Below, in pieces: positions 1-9,419 of a DNA stretch of 64,000 nt; the first letter of the stretch is position 1; each line of letters starts with the position of its first letter. A model generated the notes under the pieces. It was not told the DNA's origin. It ran no database searches and was given only the letters and a program-made list of their open reading frames with translations. A program made the translations under genes and the position numbers. The stretch is from contig CAWGED010000019.1 in the NCBI GenBank assembly GCA_963821525.1, positions 800,001 to 864,000 of the forward strand. Direction: 5' to 3'. The stretch is from an uncultured Gemmatimonadales bacterium. Its GTDB lineage: Bacteria > Gemmatimonadota > Gemmatimonadetes > Gemmatimonadales > GWC2-71-9.

Positions 1-2
1 TC

Positions 3-1088
3 GTGGCCCCCGGTCCCACGACGCTCGAGTTGACCGTGCTGGACTGGTTTCGCGAATGGCTGGGAATGCCGAAGGGTGCTGGCGGACTGCTCACCAGCGG
101 GGGATCCACCGCGACCCTCACCGCGGTCGTCGCGGCCCGTCACGCCATGTGCGACGACCCGGCACGGCTCGCCAAGGCCGTGCTTTACACCTCGGACCAG
201 GCTCACTCGTCGGTGACTCGCGCCGCCTGGATCGCGGGATTGCCTCGAGACCACATCCGCGCCGTGCCGGTAGACGGCGAGTGGCGGATGAAGCCCGACG
301 AGCTGCAGAAGGCGATCACTCAGGATCGGAATGCGGGGCTTCTTCCCGTCGCGGTCGTAGCCAGCGCGGGAACCACCAACACCGGAGCAGTGGATCCGCT
401 GGTCGCGATTGCCGATCTCTGCAAGCGGGAAGGCCTGTGGTTCCACGTGGACGCGGCCTACGGCGGATTCACCGTCCTCACCGACCACGGCCGGCGGATG
501 CTGGACGGGATCGGCCTGGCCGACAGCATCACACTCGACCCGCACAAGTGGCTCTTCGTGCCGTTCGAGTGCGGCTGCCTCATGGTGAAGGATCCGGCCC
601 GGCTGCGCCAGGCTTTCCACATCCTGCCGGAATACCTCGAAGCGCTCGACACCGCCGCCGAGGAGGTGAACTTCGCCGACCTCGGTGAGCAGCTGTCGCG
701 CTACTCCCGGGCCTTCAAGGTCTGGCTATGCGTGCAGTACTACGGAACCGAAGCGCTAGGTGGGGCGATCGAACAGGGGATTCGCAACGCGGAAATCGCG
801 GAGGAGCTGATACGACAGGCGCCGGAACTCGAGATCCTCTCGCCGGCCCGGCTTGGCATACTGTGCTTTCGGGCGCGAGGAACTGGAGACGCTGCCACAC
901 TGGACGCCTTGAACCACCGGATCCTGCAGCGAGTGAACGACAACGCCCGCTACTTCATCTCAACAACGCGGCTCAATGGCGCGCTGGCGCTTCGCATCTG
1001 TACCCCCGGTTTTCGGACAACGCCAGATGACATCAAGGGGCTGGTTCAGGAGATCAGGGACGTTGTCGCGGAACTGCGTGAGAAGTGA
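3..1088 (+). CDS. PLP-dependent group II (aromatic-L-amino-acid-type) decarboxylase, 5' truncated by the window edge
   Basis: Motifs TSGGS, SDQAHSS, AGTTNTGAVD, HVDAAYG and the PLP-lysine motif DPHKW. Confidence 0.9.
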   Translation: MAPGPTTLELTVLDWFREWLGMPKGAGGLLTSGGSTATLTAVVAARHAMCDDPARLAKAVLYTSDQAHSSVTRAAWIAGLPRDHIRAVPVDGEWRMKPDELQKAITQDRNAGLLPVAVVASAGTTNTGAVDPLVAIADLCKREGLWFHVDAAYGGFTVLTDHGRRMLDGIGLADSITLDPHKWLFVPFECGCLMVKDPARLRQAFHILPEYLEALDTAAEEVNFADLGEQLSRYSRAFKVWLCVQYYGTEALGGAIEQGIRNAEIAEELIRQAPELEILSPARLGILCFRARGTGDAATLDALNHRILQRVNDNARYFISTTRLNGALALRICTPGFRTTPDDIKGLVQEIRDVVAELREK

Positions 1089-1157
1089 GAGGTGAGAAGT
1101 AAGAGGTGAGGCGTGAGATACTTTACCTTCTCACCTCTCACGTCTCACATCTCACGC
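1078..1157. repeat. Inverted heptamer arrays (GTGAGRN x6, then NYCTCAC x4) between convergent genes; probable terminator
   Basis: Read directly; overlaps the stop at 1086-1088 and is followed by a T-run. Confidence 0.85.
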
Positions 1158-1162
1158 TTTTT

Positions 1163-2140
1163 TTATTCGATCGTCACTTCCGAATCGTCGCCCAGGCTGG
1201 CGAAGCCCTTGAGCCCGATCGCGGTGACCCGATCGCCCAGCATCGAGTGGTGCAGGTCGCTCTTAACTACCGTGCTCTTCCTGCCGATGATGGAATGCCG
1301 GATCCGGCTGTCCCGCACGTCGGCGCCGCGCTCCAGGGTGACGTTGGGGCCGATCTCGCTCCGCTCGATTCTCACTCCTTCCTCGATACGAACCGGATCG
1401 TGCAGGGTGACGCCGGGAAACTCCTGACGCAACGCCGCTCCTTTGCGGAGCAGGATCTCGTTGGTCTCCAGCAGGGTGTCGAGCTTGCCGCAGTCGTACC
1501 AGCCGCCCACCTCGGCGCTGAGAATCTTCTTCCCGTTTTCGATCATGTGCTGGAAGGCGTCGGTCAGATAGAACTCGCCCTTGTTGGTCGGGCTCTTCAG
1601 CACGTGGTCGATCCCCCGCCAGAGCGCCTCGGTATCGCGAATGTAGTAGAGGCCGATATTGGCCAGCTTGGAGATCGGAGTGGATGGCTTCTCAACGATC
1701 TGCGTCATGTACCCTGACTTGTCGGTCACCACGACGCCAAATCGCTGGTAGTCCTCTACCTCCTTGGCCCAGATGATCCCGTCGGCGTTGGTCCGGTTGA
1801 TGAGGGTGAGATCGGCCTCGAACACCGTATCCACGAACACGATGAGGATCGGCTCCCGCACCAGTTGCCTGGCGAGGTTGACCGCACCGGCAGTCCCGTC
1901 CTGGACCTTCTGCTCGATGAACCGGCTGGGAATCGGGTAGCGAGCCCTCGCGTACTCCTCCACCTGCTCCTTGAGATGCCCGGTGATGAAGATCAGCTCG
2001 GTCACATCGAGACCAGCGAGCGTGTCCATCACCCAGTCCATGACCGGCCGTCCCGCGACTTTGAGAAGAGGCTTGGGAACGAGATGGGTGTGCGGCCTCA
2101 GGCGAGTGCCCTTCCCGGCCAGTGGTATGATCACCTGCAT
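1163..2140 (-). CDS. Sugar-phosphate nucleotidyltransferase with C-terminal left-handed beta-helix
   Basis: N-terminal LAGKGTRLRP...PKPLL signature, VEKP, hexapeptide-like C-terminus. Confidence 0.9.
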   Translation of the reverse strand: MQVIIPLAGKGTRLRPHTHLVPKPLLKVAGRPVMDWVMDTLAGLDVTELIFITGHLKEQVEEYARARYPIPSRFIEQKVQDGTAGAVNLARQLVREPILIVFVDTVFEADLTLINRTNADGIIWAKEVEDYQRFGVVVTDKSGYMTQIVEKPSTPISKLANIGLYYIRDTEALWRGIDHVLKSPTNKGEFYLTDAFQHMIENGKKILSAEVGGWYDCGKLDTLLETNEILLRKGAALRQEFPGVTLHDPVRIEEGVRIERSEIGPNVTLERGADVRDSRIRHSIIGRKSTVVKSDLHHSMLGDRVTAIGLKGFASLGDDSEVTIE

Positions 2141-2143
2141 CGG

Positions 2144-2494
2144 TCACATTCTCCCGTAACGGTCCTCTAATCGGACCAGGTCATCGAGTTCGGCGGTTGA
2201 AGCTTCCAAAACATCGGTGTCCACTACGGCCTCGATCTGGTGAATCAGCTTGGCCGGGATATGCACCGATTCTCCCGCGACAAACCGCCGGGATTCCAAC
2301 GTCGCTCCCGGCTTGGTGCGCAGTACCAGCTCGCCCTTGAGGACGTGCATCGTCTCATCCTTCAGGTTGTGGTACTGGAGACTCAGGACGTGCCCCGCCT
2401 TCACATGGAGAATCTTGCCCACGTAGCGGTCGGTGCGAGCCCAGACCAGTTCGTAGCCCCATGGCTTCTCGACGCGGTACGGCGGATCGGCCAT
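2144..2494 (-). CDS. Cupin domain protein (mannose-6-phosphate isomerase type II C-terminal-like)
   Basis: VEKPWG, LSLQYH..KDE, and DDLVRLEDRYGR motifs. Confidence 0.85.
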   Translation of the reverse strand: MADPPYRVEKPWGYELVWARTDRYVGKILHVKAGHVLSLQYHNLKDETMHVLKGELVLRTKPGATLESRRFVAGESVHIPAKLIHQIEAVVDTDVLEASTAELDDLVRLEDRYGRM

Positions 2495-3072
2495 CAGGCC
2501 TCCAGTGGAGTGAGCTGAAATGACGAGGGCGACGTGATGCAGGCCCGGACACAGACCCCGCAGCCGACGCAGCCCTCGGCCTTGATGACGGGATGACCAT
2601 CCTCATCCATCGCGAGCGCTGAGGCTCCTACCGGGCAGGCATCGGCACAGACACGGCAGGTCTGGCCCTTGAAGGTGACGCAGCGCTCCGGAACCAGTTC
2701 CAGGGTCGCAAGACGATAGCCAGTCCAGCCCGCCGATGGGAGGGTAAGGGCGCCAGTCGGGCAAGCTTTGACGCACGGCATGTCGGGGCAGACCGTGCAA
2801 GGCTGGATATTCGAATCAATGTACGGTGTGCCCGCGGCGAATCCCCCTTCGCTCGTGGCAAGACGGATCGCCTTCGGCGGGCATGGGTCCGCACACAGGC
2901 CGCACCTGGTGCAAGCGGCGAGAAAGCCGACTTCCGGCAGCGCACCAGGCGGCCGCTGGTAGCGCTTGGTGACTACCCGCTGCTCTGCCCGTTCCATGGC
3001 GTTCTCCATCCACTGCCCGAAGGTGGATCGGAACAGGGCCCGGCGGTCGGTGGGTTCGTGCGGGATGCGCAT
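2494..3072 (-). CDS. Multi-[4Fe-4S] ferredoxin-type protein (NapG/MauM-like)
   Basis: RPPGA followed by CTRCGLC...CP, C..CPDMPCVKACP, CRVCADACP and CVGCGVCVRAC. Confidence 0.85.
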   Translation of the reverse strand: MRIPHEPTDRRALFRSTFGQWMENAMERAEQRVVTKRYQRPPGALPEVGFLAACTRCGLCADPCPPKAIRLATSEGGFAAGTPYIDSNIQPCTVCPDMPCVKACPTGALTLPSAGWTGYRLATLELVPERCVTFKGQTCRVCADACPVGASALAMDEDGHPVIKAEGCVGCGVCVRACITSPSSFQLTPLEA

Positions 3073-3082
3073 TCCGGTCAAA

Positions 3083-6000
3083 CTACCATGCTGCTTCGAA
3101 ACTGAAGAGCCAGCGGAAGCCGAACTCGTCTCCGCCGGGGTGCTGGTCTTGAGCCAGGTCGGGGCGGCTGGTATACAACGGGAAGTCTACCCGAGTGACG
3201 AAGCTGGTCTGGCCCAAGCGGTGTTCGGCGCGGATTCCGGCCCCGGCGTCAGCCAGGAATTCAATGTTGCGGCCGGTGATGGGATCATCCTCATCGGCGA
3301 TAGCATGGCCCGCGTCACCGAATGCGGCGAGACTCACCCGCTTGAACAGCTTCTTCTGGCTCCGGTCGAGCACCGTGCGTTCGAGCTCCAGGTTGGCCGC
3401 GACCAAAGCAGACATCGAGACCGTTGGGTCATACCCGCGCAGGTTACCGCCGCCGGCCATGTGATAGTACACGTCGGGCCGGAGCAATAGCGCGCCCCTC
3501 GATCGGAGAAATGGATTGGTGATTCGTTCCAGCGGGTCGGCGCCCGAGGCGTAGATCTGGCGCTGCTTGGCCGTTTCACCGTCGCCGCCCGCGCTCACCC
3601 CGGCGAAGCCTCGCAGGCCGAGACGCCAGCGCGGGCTGAGGGTCCGGTCGGCCGTTCCTTCCAGCGTGGCACGATAGAAGTACGGATCGAGGTCATTGCG
3701 GCCGGTGGCATTGGCGAGCCCGCGGCTGTTGTAGACCAGGCCGCCCCCTGCAGTGCCTTTGAGGCCCAGCTGCCAGGGGCCACGCCGGTCGCGAACGCCG
3801 GCTGACAACTCGAGCTCAGCGGTTCCCACATCCTCATACTCACCCGGCACGAGGAATCGAGCGTCATCCGGAACCACCCACCGAAGCCGGAGTCCGACTT
3901 CGCGCTCGGGCCCGAAGCTCAGATGCGGGCGATGAGTGCGCTCTACCGATAGCACCGCACCGTAGCGGCCTTCGACATTGAAGACGTCGAGCGTCTGGGT
4001 CATGCCGGGGCTCCGGAGCCAGACCGGATTCCTGAGCCGCACGAATTCATCGAGGTCGAGCACGTCCTCGTCGGTGGCCCAACCGGTGCCGCCGCTCACC
4101 AGGAACTGATTCTGCTCAAACCGCCCGAAGTAGTCGCTGCGCGAGCGGAGACCCAGGGTGATCCCGCCGGCGTCGTTGTACCAGACAGTCGGGAGAAACC
4201 CGATTGTCCCCTCGTCCCGGTGTACCGGGGTCGAGAAGTAAGTGTCGAGATACAGATCGTAGTCCCGCCCGCCCAACGGATGGAAGCCGAACTTCTTCTG
4301 GTTGTTCAGCATGTCCCAATCGCGGGTCTGCACCCGAGGATCGAGCAAGACTTCTTTCGGCTCGCTTCGGGTCTCGACCGTCACCCATTCCCGCTCCGCC
4401 TGGCCGATCGAACGTACGGCCGCCGTATCGCTCTGGCCGATAACCCAAACCTCGACCGGAATCCTCCCCGGCGACTTTCGCACCACTTCCACCCTGGTGG
4501 ACCATCCGGAGTCGGTCTTCTTCCGCTCCTTACGCCCAATGGTGTAGTCGGTCAGGTCGGTGCCGTGCAGACCCTGGGCGAAGAAGCCGGTCAGGTCCAT
4601 CCCCGAGACCTCCTCCGCCACCTCGCGGAAGGCTTCCTCGTCCACGTGCTTGAGCTTCCAGCGATCGTAGTAGGTGCGGAGGATGCGGTGCATCGTCTCG
4701 TCGCCCACCAGATACTGGAGCTGGTGGAAGAACTGCTCGCCCCGGGTGTAGATGCTGATGTTGTAACTCGTGAAGTCCTTGTAATACTCGCTCTGCAGGC
4801 TCGCAGGCTCGGACTGGCCATCGAGGTCGAGCCCGGTAATAAATGCTTCGTCTCCGGCGGCACCACCGAACTGCCCGTTCGCCTCGTCGAATAGCGTGGT
4901 CTGGTAACTGGTGAATCCTTCGTCCAGCCAGCCCTCCCGCCACTCGTTGTTGGCGAGAATCCCCATCAGGTAGTTGTGTCCCAGCTCGTGCACGATCAGC
5001 CCCTGATCCGCCGAGCCATCGTGAATCATCATGGGGAACTCGGTGCCGCCGCCCTCGATCCGGTGCACGTTGCTGATCTGGGGCCAGGCGAACTTCCCGA
5101 ACACCCCATCCAGCCACTCCAGTGCCTTCGCGGTTCGCTGCACCGCCACTCCTCCACCCCAGGAGGTGGTGTCTCCCGGCTGGTAAAGCACATGGATCGC
5201 GACGTCACCCCAGTGGCCGCCTTCGTAGCGATAGTCGGGATTCATCGACATGGCGAAGTGATGGACGTCTTCGGCGTACCAGATCACTCGTTTGCGACCT
5301 GAAGCCGGCGGGGCGATCGTCCGGATCGAGCCGCAGCTTGGTGCCTTCGGGTAGATCTCGCGCTGATACTCGATGGGTTGGCTCGGCACCTGATTGGCGC
5401 GTTCCCAACCAGGATCACCGCACAGCGGCACCCCCGTAGCACCCATCACCTCGTCTTCGGGAAGATCCAGATGCACGAGGAAGGTCGCGAACTCACCGTA
5501 GAACTCGCCGCCCGGGTAGAGCGGATGTTCCTCCCAACCATGTTTGTCGTAGACCACGACCTTGGGATACCACTGGGCAAAGTCGTACGCCCGCCCCCGG
5601 CGACCCTGCCGACGCGGGAGAGTCGAGGGACGGGCATCCCATTCCATTCCCACTTGCATCGAACCGCCTGGAGGAAGCGGCCGAGGTAGCACGAACCGCA
5701 CGATCGTGCTGTCGGGTGCGAAGGGATAGATCGGTTCGACCGTCTCTCCCATGATCCTCACGTTCCGAACGTGGTTGTAGGCGTAGTCCGGATCTTTGAG
5801 GTCGTTGAATCGCCTCCTGCGCTCTACCGAGTCGGCATCGCTCCACCGCGAGCCGGGACGAAATGCATTGAGATAGAGGTGCAACGAGAAGGTGGTGAGA
5901 GTATCGGGGGAGTTATTGACGTACACGATGCGCTCGCCGCCGGCCAGCTCGAATCGTGACTCGTCCAGCCGCGCATTGATATCATACCGCACGCCCTGTT

Positions 6001-6178
6001 GCCAATAAGCGGCGCGAGGCGACGGGCTGACTTGGGCAGGGATGGCGGGCGAAGAGACGGACAAAGCGAACAGGGCGAACGGTGGGCGCGCGACGCAGTC
6101 ATGGCAAGAATTGAAGGTGAGAGAGTAAATGATATCACGCGCCGAAGCGCCCTGGCAGGATTCACTCCGGCATAGCAC
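3083..6178 (-). CDS. M1-family zinc aminopeptidase with a C-terminal beta-barrel-like domain; start uncertain, about 6100
   Basis: GGTEFP, HELGH and downstream WLDEGF; amphipathic beta-strand-like C-terminus ending FSFEAAW. Confidence 0.85.
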   Translation of the reverse strand: MLCRSESCQGASARDIIYSLTFNSCHDCVARPPFALFALSVSSPAIPAQVSPSPRAAYWQQGVRYDINARLDESRFELAGGERIVYVNNSPDTLTTFSLHLYLNAFRPGSRWSDADSVERRRRFNDLKDPDYAYNHVRNVRIMGETVEPIYPFAPDSTIVRFVLPRPLPPGGSMQVGMEWDARPSTLPRRQGRRGRAYDFAQWYPKVVVYDKHGWEEHPLYPGGEFYGEFATFLVHLDLPEDEVMGATGVPLCGDPGWERANQVPSQPIEYQREIYPKAPSCGSIRTIAPPASGRKRVIWYAEDVHHFAMSMNPDYRYEGGHWGDVAIHVLYQPGDTTSWGGGVAVQRTAKALEWLDGVFGKFAWPQISNVHRIEGGGTEFPMMIHDGSADQGLIVHELGHNYLMGILANNEWREGWLDEGFTSYQTTLFDEANGQFGGAAGDEAFITGLDLDGQSEPASLQSEYYKDFTSYNISIYTRGEQFFHQLQYLVGDETMHRILRTYYDRWKLKHVDEEAFREVAEEVSGMDLTGFFAQGLHGTDLTDYTIGRKERKKTDSGWSTRVEVVRKSPGRIPVEVWVIGQSDTAAVRSIGQAEREWVTVETRSEPKEVLLDPRVQTRDWDMLNNQKKFGFHPLGGRDYDLYLDTYFSTPVHRDEGTIGFLPTVWYNDAGGITLGLRSRSDYFGRFEQNQFLVSGGTGWATDEDVLDLDEFVRLRNPVWLRSPGMTQTLDVFNVEGRYGAVLSVERTHRPHLSFGPEREVGLRLRWVVPDDARFLVPGEYEDVGTAELELSAGVRDRRGPWQLGLKGTAGGGLVYNSRGLANATGRNDLDPYFYRATLEGTADRTLSPRWRLGLRGFAGVSAGGDGETAKQRQIYASGADPLERITNPFLRSRGALLLRPDVYYHMAGGGNLRGYDPTVSMSALVAANLELERTVLDRSQKKLFKRVSLAAFGDAGHAIADEDDPITGRNIEFLADAGAGIRAEHRLGQTSFVTRVDFPLYTSRPDLAQDQHPGGDEFGFRWLFSFEAAW

Positions 6179-6243
6179 GAAGGCCCACCCAATTCGAGTG
6201 AGCCTTCAAACCTTCGAACCGCCGAACCCGACCGCCGAGCCGC

Positions 6244-6781
6244 TTACCGCGCTAGAAGCTGCCTGCGCAGTCGAACCAGCCTGCGACGGACCGAGCCGTC
6301 ATAGACCCGATCTCCTACCCGGACGATCACCCCACCCAGGATGGCCGGCTCCACCTCGAAATCGGGCAACACCTGCTTGCCGATCGCCTTGGTGAGATCC
6401 TCGGCGATCTTCTTCCGCAGCTTCTCGTCCACCGCGCGAGCGACCGTCACCTTGGCCCGCACCCGGTCGAGCTTGATGTCCACCAGCGCCAGATACTCCG
6501 ACGCCATCGTCGCCGAACAACCGCTGGCGGCCCCGCTTCACCACCGACTGGAGGAACAGCACGAAGTCCCGCGGAGCATCAGGAAGGGCCTTCGCCAGGA
6601 TCCGGGACTTCTCCGCCTTGGTGATCCGGGGCGACATCAGAACCGCTTCGATACGCGGCGTCGACCCGACTGCGTGAGCCACCGCGTCGAGCAGGTCGGC
6701 GTACAACGCGGTGTGGCCGCTCTGCTCCCCCAGCTGAAAGAGTGCCTCAGCGTAATTCCGGGCGATGGTGACCGGCCTCAA
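6244..6781 (-). CDS. atpH: ATP synthase F1 subunit delta, split by one apparent frameshift near 6510
   Basis: IARNYAEALF N-terminus (ORF 6299-6781) joins ILGGVIVRVGDRVYDGS C-terminus (ORF 6244-6507). Confidence 0.9.
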
Positions 6782-7326
6782 TTGCTCTTCCCCAGGGAGT
6801 TGATGTAGCCCTGGACGAAGGCGCGATCGGCGTCATCATCGAACCGCTGTTCCACCAGACGCGCCGCAGCCGCCAGCGACAGATCAACCGCTTCCCGCCG
6901 CAGGTCGGCGATGGCCTTCTCCCGCTCCTCCGCGATGTCCCGCCGCGCCCGGTCCAGCAGCGCCTCCTGCTCATGGCGGGTCTTCTCCAGTGCCGTAGCC
7001 CGCTCCTTCTCGGCCGTGACCTTCACCTCGGCCATGAGCGCCTGGGCCTCGGCCCTGGCCTGGGCCAGCTGACGCCGGTTCTCCTCCAGCAGGCTCTTGG
7101 CTTCGGTGTTGGCCTTCTCCGCCTCGCTCAACTGCCGCTGGATGGCCTGCTCCCGCTCCTCGGTGACTTTGAGGATCGCGGGGAAGGCAAACTTCTTGAG
7201 CATCCACAGGAGCACCAGGAAGACGGCCCAGGTCCAGAAGAACAGACCGAAGTTCACCTCGAACGGCGAAGCGGGACCGGCGTGCTCCGCTTCCTGGACC
7301 ATGCCAGCCAGCAGCATGAGTGTCAT
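6778..7326 (-). CDS. atpF: ATP synthase Fo subunit b
   Basis: Single N-terminal TM (FFWTWAVFLVLLWMLKKFAFP), long charged coiled coil, operon position. Confidence 0.95.
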   Translation of the reverse strand: MTLMLLAGMVQEAEHAGPASPFEVNFGLFFWTWAVFLVLLWMLKKFAFPAILKVTEEREQAIQRQLSEAEKANTEAKSLLEENRRQLAQARAEAQALMAEVKVTAEKERATALEKTRHEQEALLDRARRDIAEEREKAIADLRREAVDLSLAAAARLVEQRFDDDADRAFVQGYINSLGKSN

Positions 7327-7336
7327 CGGAACGTCC

Positions 7337-7618
7337 TCAGATCAGCTTGAACAGCAGGGCAAACACCAACGCGATGATCGTGACGCCCTCAAGGAGCACC
7401 GCGAACAGAAGGCCTGCGGCGCGAATCTCGCCGGCCGCCTCCGGCTGACGGGCGATAGCCTCAGCCACCTGGCCGCCAATGCGACCCAACCCGATTCCGC
7501 CGCCGATCACCGCCAGGCCCAGTCCGATACCGGCGCCGAGCAGGCCGTTGATGTTCTTGGCGGCATCGACGCTGAGTCCACCCGCCGCATCCTGTACCAG
7601 CGCAAGCAAGTTCAACAT
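7337..7618 (-). CDS. atpE: ATP synthase Fo subunit c
   Basis: GxGxGxG helix, ARQPE loop, ion-binding Glu in LLEGV. Confidence 0.97.
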   Translation of the reverse strand: MLNLLALVQDAAGGLSVDAAKNINGLLGAGIGLGLAVIGGGIGLGRIGGQVAEAIARQPEAAGEIRAAGLLFAVLLEGVTIIALVFALLFKLI

Positions 7619-7678
7619 GTTGGCTCCACTTTCCGCTCCGGGAGATCAAGGATCACTTGCGCGCCCGCCGGCCGGCCC

Positions 7679-7759
7679 GTCGAGTCTCCCGCTCGACGCC
7701 GTCACCGTGGCTCACCAACGGCCCGAAGGCCAGTGAGCTTTGTCTACCGTTCGGCAGAC
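7679..7759 (-). promoter_or_regulatory. Three RNA hairpins in the atpB-atpE spacer, one with a cUUCGg tetraloop on the coding strand
   Basis: Minus-strand stems GUCUGCC-GAAC-GGUAGAC, GCUCACU-GGCC-UUCG-GGCC-GUU-GGUGAGC and GUCGAG...CUCGAC. Confidence 0.55.
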
Positions 7760-7802
7760 TGACAATCCAGAGCAGCGCGGACGCGCGGTGCCCGGGGTTC
7801 CT

Positions 7803-7886
7803 TTCTCACTCCTTACTCCTCACGTCCTCACTCCTTACTCCTCACTCTCACTCTCACGTCTCACTTCTCACGTCTCACGTCTCACG
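7803..7886. repeat. Tandem array of about 12 (T/C)TCAC-core units, mostly heptamers, just downstream of atpB
   Basis: Read directly; same core as the array at 1078-1157. Confidence 0.85.
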
Positions 7887-7895
7887 CCGTTGGGT

Positions 7896-8766
7896 TTAGT
7901 GCTCGTGCTGCATCAATCCTATGAACACCGCGGTGAGCAGCGCGAACACATAGGCCTGCAGAACACCAACAATCAGCTCCAGCAGCATGATGCCTGTTAC
8001 CAGCGCCGCCGTCACGAAGCCGATGAAGTAGCTGGCCACTCCCAGCGACCCGAACAGGAAGATGATCCCGAAGAGAGAGAGGATCACGAAATGGCCGGCC
8101 GTCATGTTGCCGAAGAGACGGACCGCGAGCGCGAACGGCTTTACCAGTTTGCTGAGAATCTCGATCGGGGCCATGAACACGGACATCGCCACCGCGCCCA
8201 CCCCATGCATGCCCGGAACGTGCGGAAAGATGGTGCCCAGATATCCCTTGGGGCCCAATTGGACGAAGCCCGCAATCTCGATCACCAGGAACGACAGGAT
8301 AGCCAGCGCTCCGGTCACCGCGAGGTTGCCGGTGATCGTGGTGGCGAAGGGGAGGAGCCCGAACAGATTGGCGAACAGAATGAAGAAGAACAGGCTCAGG
8401 ATCAGAGGAACGAACTTGGCGCCGGTCTCCCGTCCGATGTTCGCGATCGCGATGTCATCCCGCACCCAAAGGACCATGCCTTCCATGGCTCCAGCGAACC
8501 CGGTCGGCGCCTTTTGGTCGGCCCGCTGACGCTTGAGGGCCCGTCCCGTCCACCACATCACCAGGAAGGTGAACGCGGCGACGACGAACAGGAAAAAGAC
8601 GTGCTTGGTGATCGAGAGATTGACCGTCAATGGCCCGAGGTGGGTATCCGGCCACCGAGGGAAAATGGATGGCCGGCAGACCGTAGATCGGCTCCCAGGT
8701 CCAGGCGTCGGCAGTGTGGTGCAGGACCATCTCGCCGATGTTGGGCTTCGTTCCCTGCAGAATCAT
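7896..8766 (-). CDS. atpB: ATP synthase Fo subunit a, apparent frameshift near 8635
   Basis: KPFALAVRLFGNMTAGH and LQAYVFALL motifs; N-terminus MILQGTKPNIGEMVLHH is in another frame. Confidence 0.95.
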
Positions 8767-9104
8767 CGAACCCAGCGAACCTCGAGAAAGAGAAGCGGCA
8801 CCAGCACGCCCAGGAATCCCAGCGCTGATGGAAGCGGTGGGAAAACAGTCCGATCGATCACAATCGCGGCGGCCAGGGCGGCAACCCCGGCGAGCCGCAG
8901 TCCCATCCCCTCGGCGAAGCCCTTGAGGGGGCCCGTACCCGGCTCATGCCAGGTGCGTCGAAGCCGGGTTAGCGCCACGCCCTCAATCGCTGTACCCAGG
9001 GCGCCGAAGGCCAGCCCGGGGAGGAGAGCTGCGCGCCCCCAATAGAGCACCAGCACCACCGTTACCAGGACGGTGAGCGCCACGCCCCAACCGACCGCCT
9101 TCAT
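8763..9104 (-). CDS. ATP synthase protein I-like membrane protein
   Basis: About four TM segments, immediately upstream of atpB. Confidence 0.6.
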   Translation of the reverse strand: MKAVGWGVALTVLVTVVLVLYWGRAALLPGLAFGALGTAIEGVALTRLRRTWHEPGTGPLKGFAEGMGLRLAGVAALAAAIVIDRTVFPPLPSALGFLGVLVPLLFLEVRWVR

Positions 9105-9364
9105 TCCTTGCGGTCGTATTTGTGGGGGTGCTCCGCCTCATACTCGCGCTCGTCCGCCCGGAGCTTGTTGAACACCCAGACGAAGCTCAGAACGGCCCCC
9201 AGGAGCGTCCCAGCCACCGTAAATAGCGGGGAGAGCTTGAGCCAGCGGTCCAGCAGGAATCCCAGCCCCATGAACAGCACAATGCCAAGGGCAAAGCTGA
9301 TCCCTAGCGAGACGTACTTATAGCCGGTTCCCAGCTCTTCGGAAGACCGCTTTTCTGGGGTCAT
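9101..9364 (-). CDS. AtpZ/AtpI family protein
   Basis: Two TM helices with G..LDRWL...PLF motif; first gene of the atp operon. Confidence 0.85.
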   Translation of the reverse strand: MTPEKRSSEELGTGYKYVSLGISFALGIVLFMGLGFLLDRWLKLSPLFTVAGTLLGAVLSFVWVFNKLRADEREYEAEHPHKYDRKE

Positions 9365-9386
9365 AAACCGGGCTCAAAATACCCGC

Positions 9387-9404
9387 TTGTGAAAAATTTC
9401 GCAA
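9387..9404. promoter_or_regulatory. Putative Rex (NADH/NAD+ sensor) operator upstream of the atp operon
   Basis: TTGTGAAAAATTTCGCAA, one mismatch to the Rex consensus TTGTGAA-W4-TTCACAA, 22 bp upstream of the start. Confidence 0.75.
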
Positions 9405-9419
9405 ACCCTGGACTACCCC

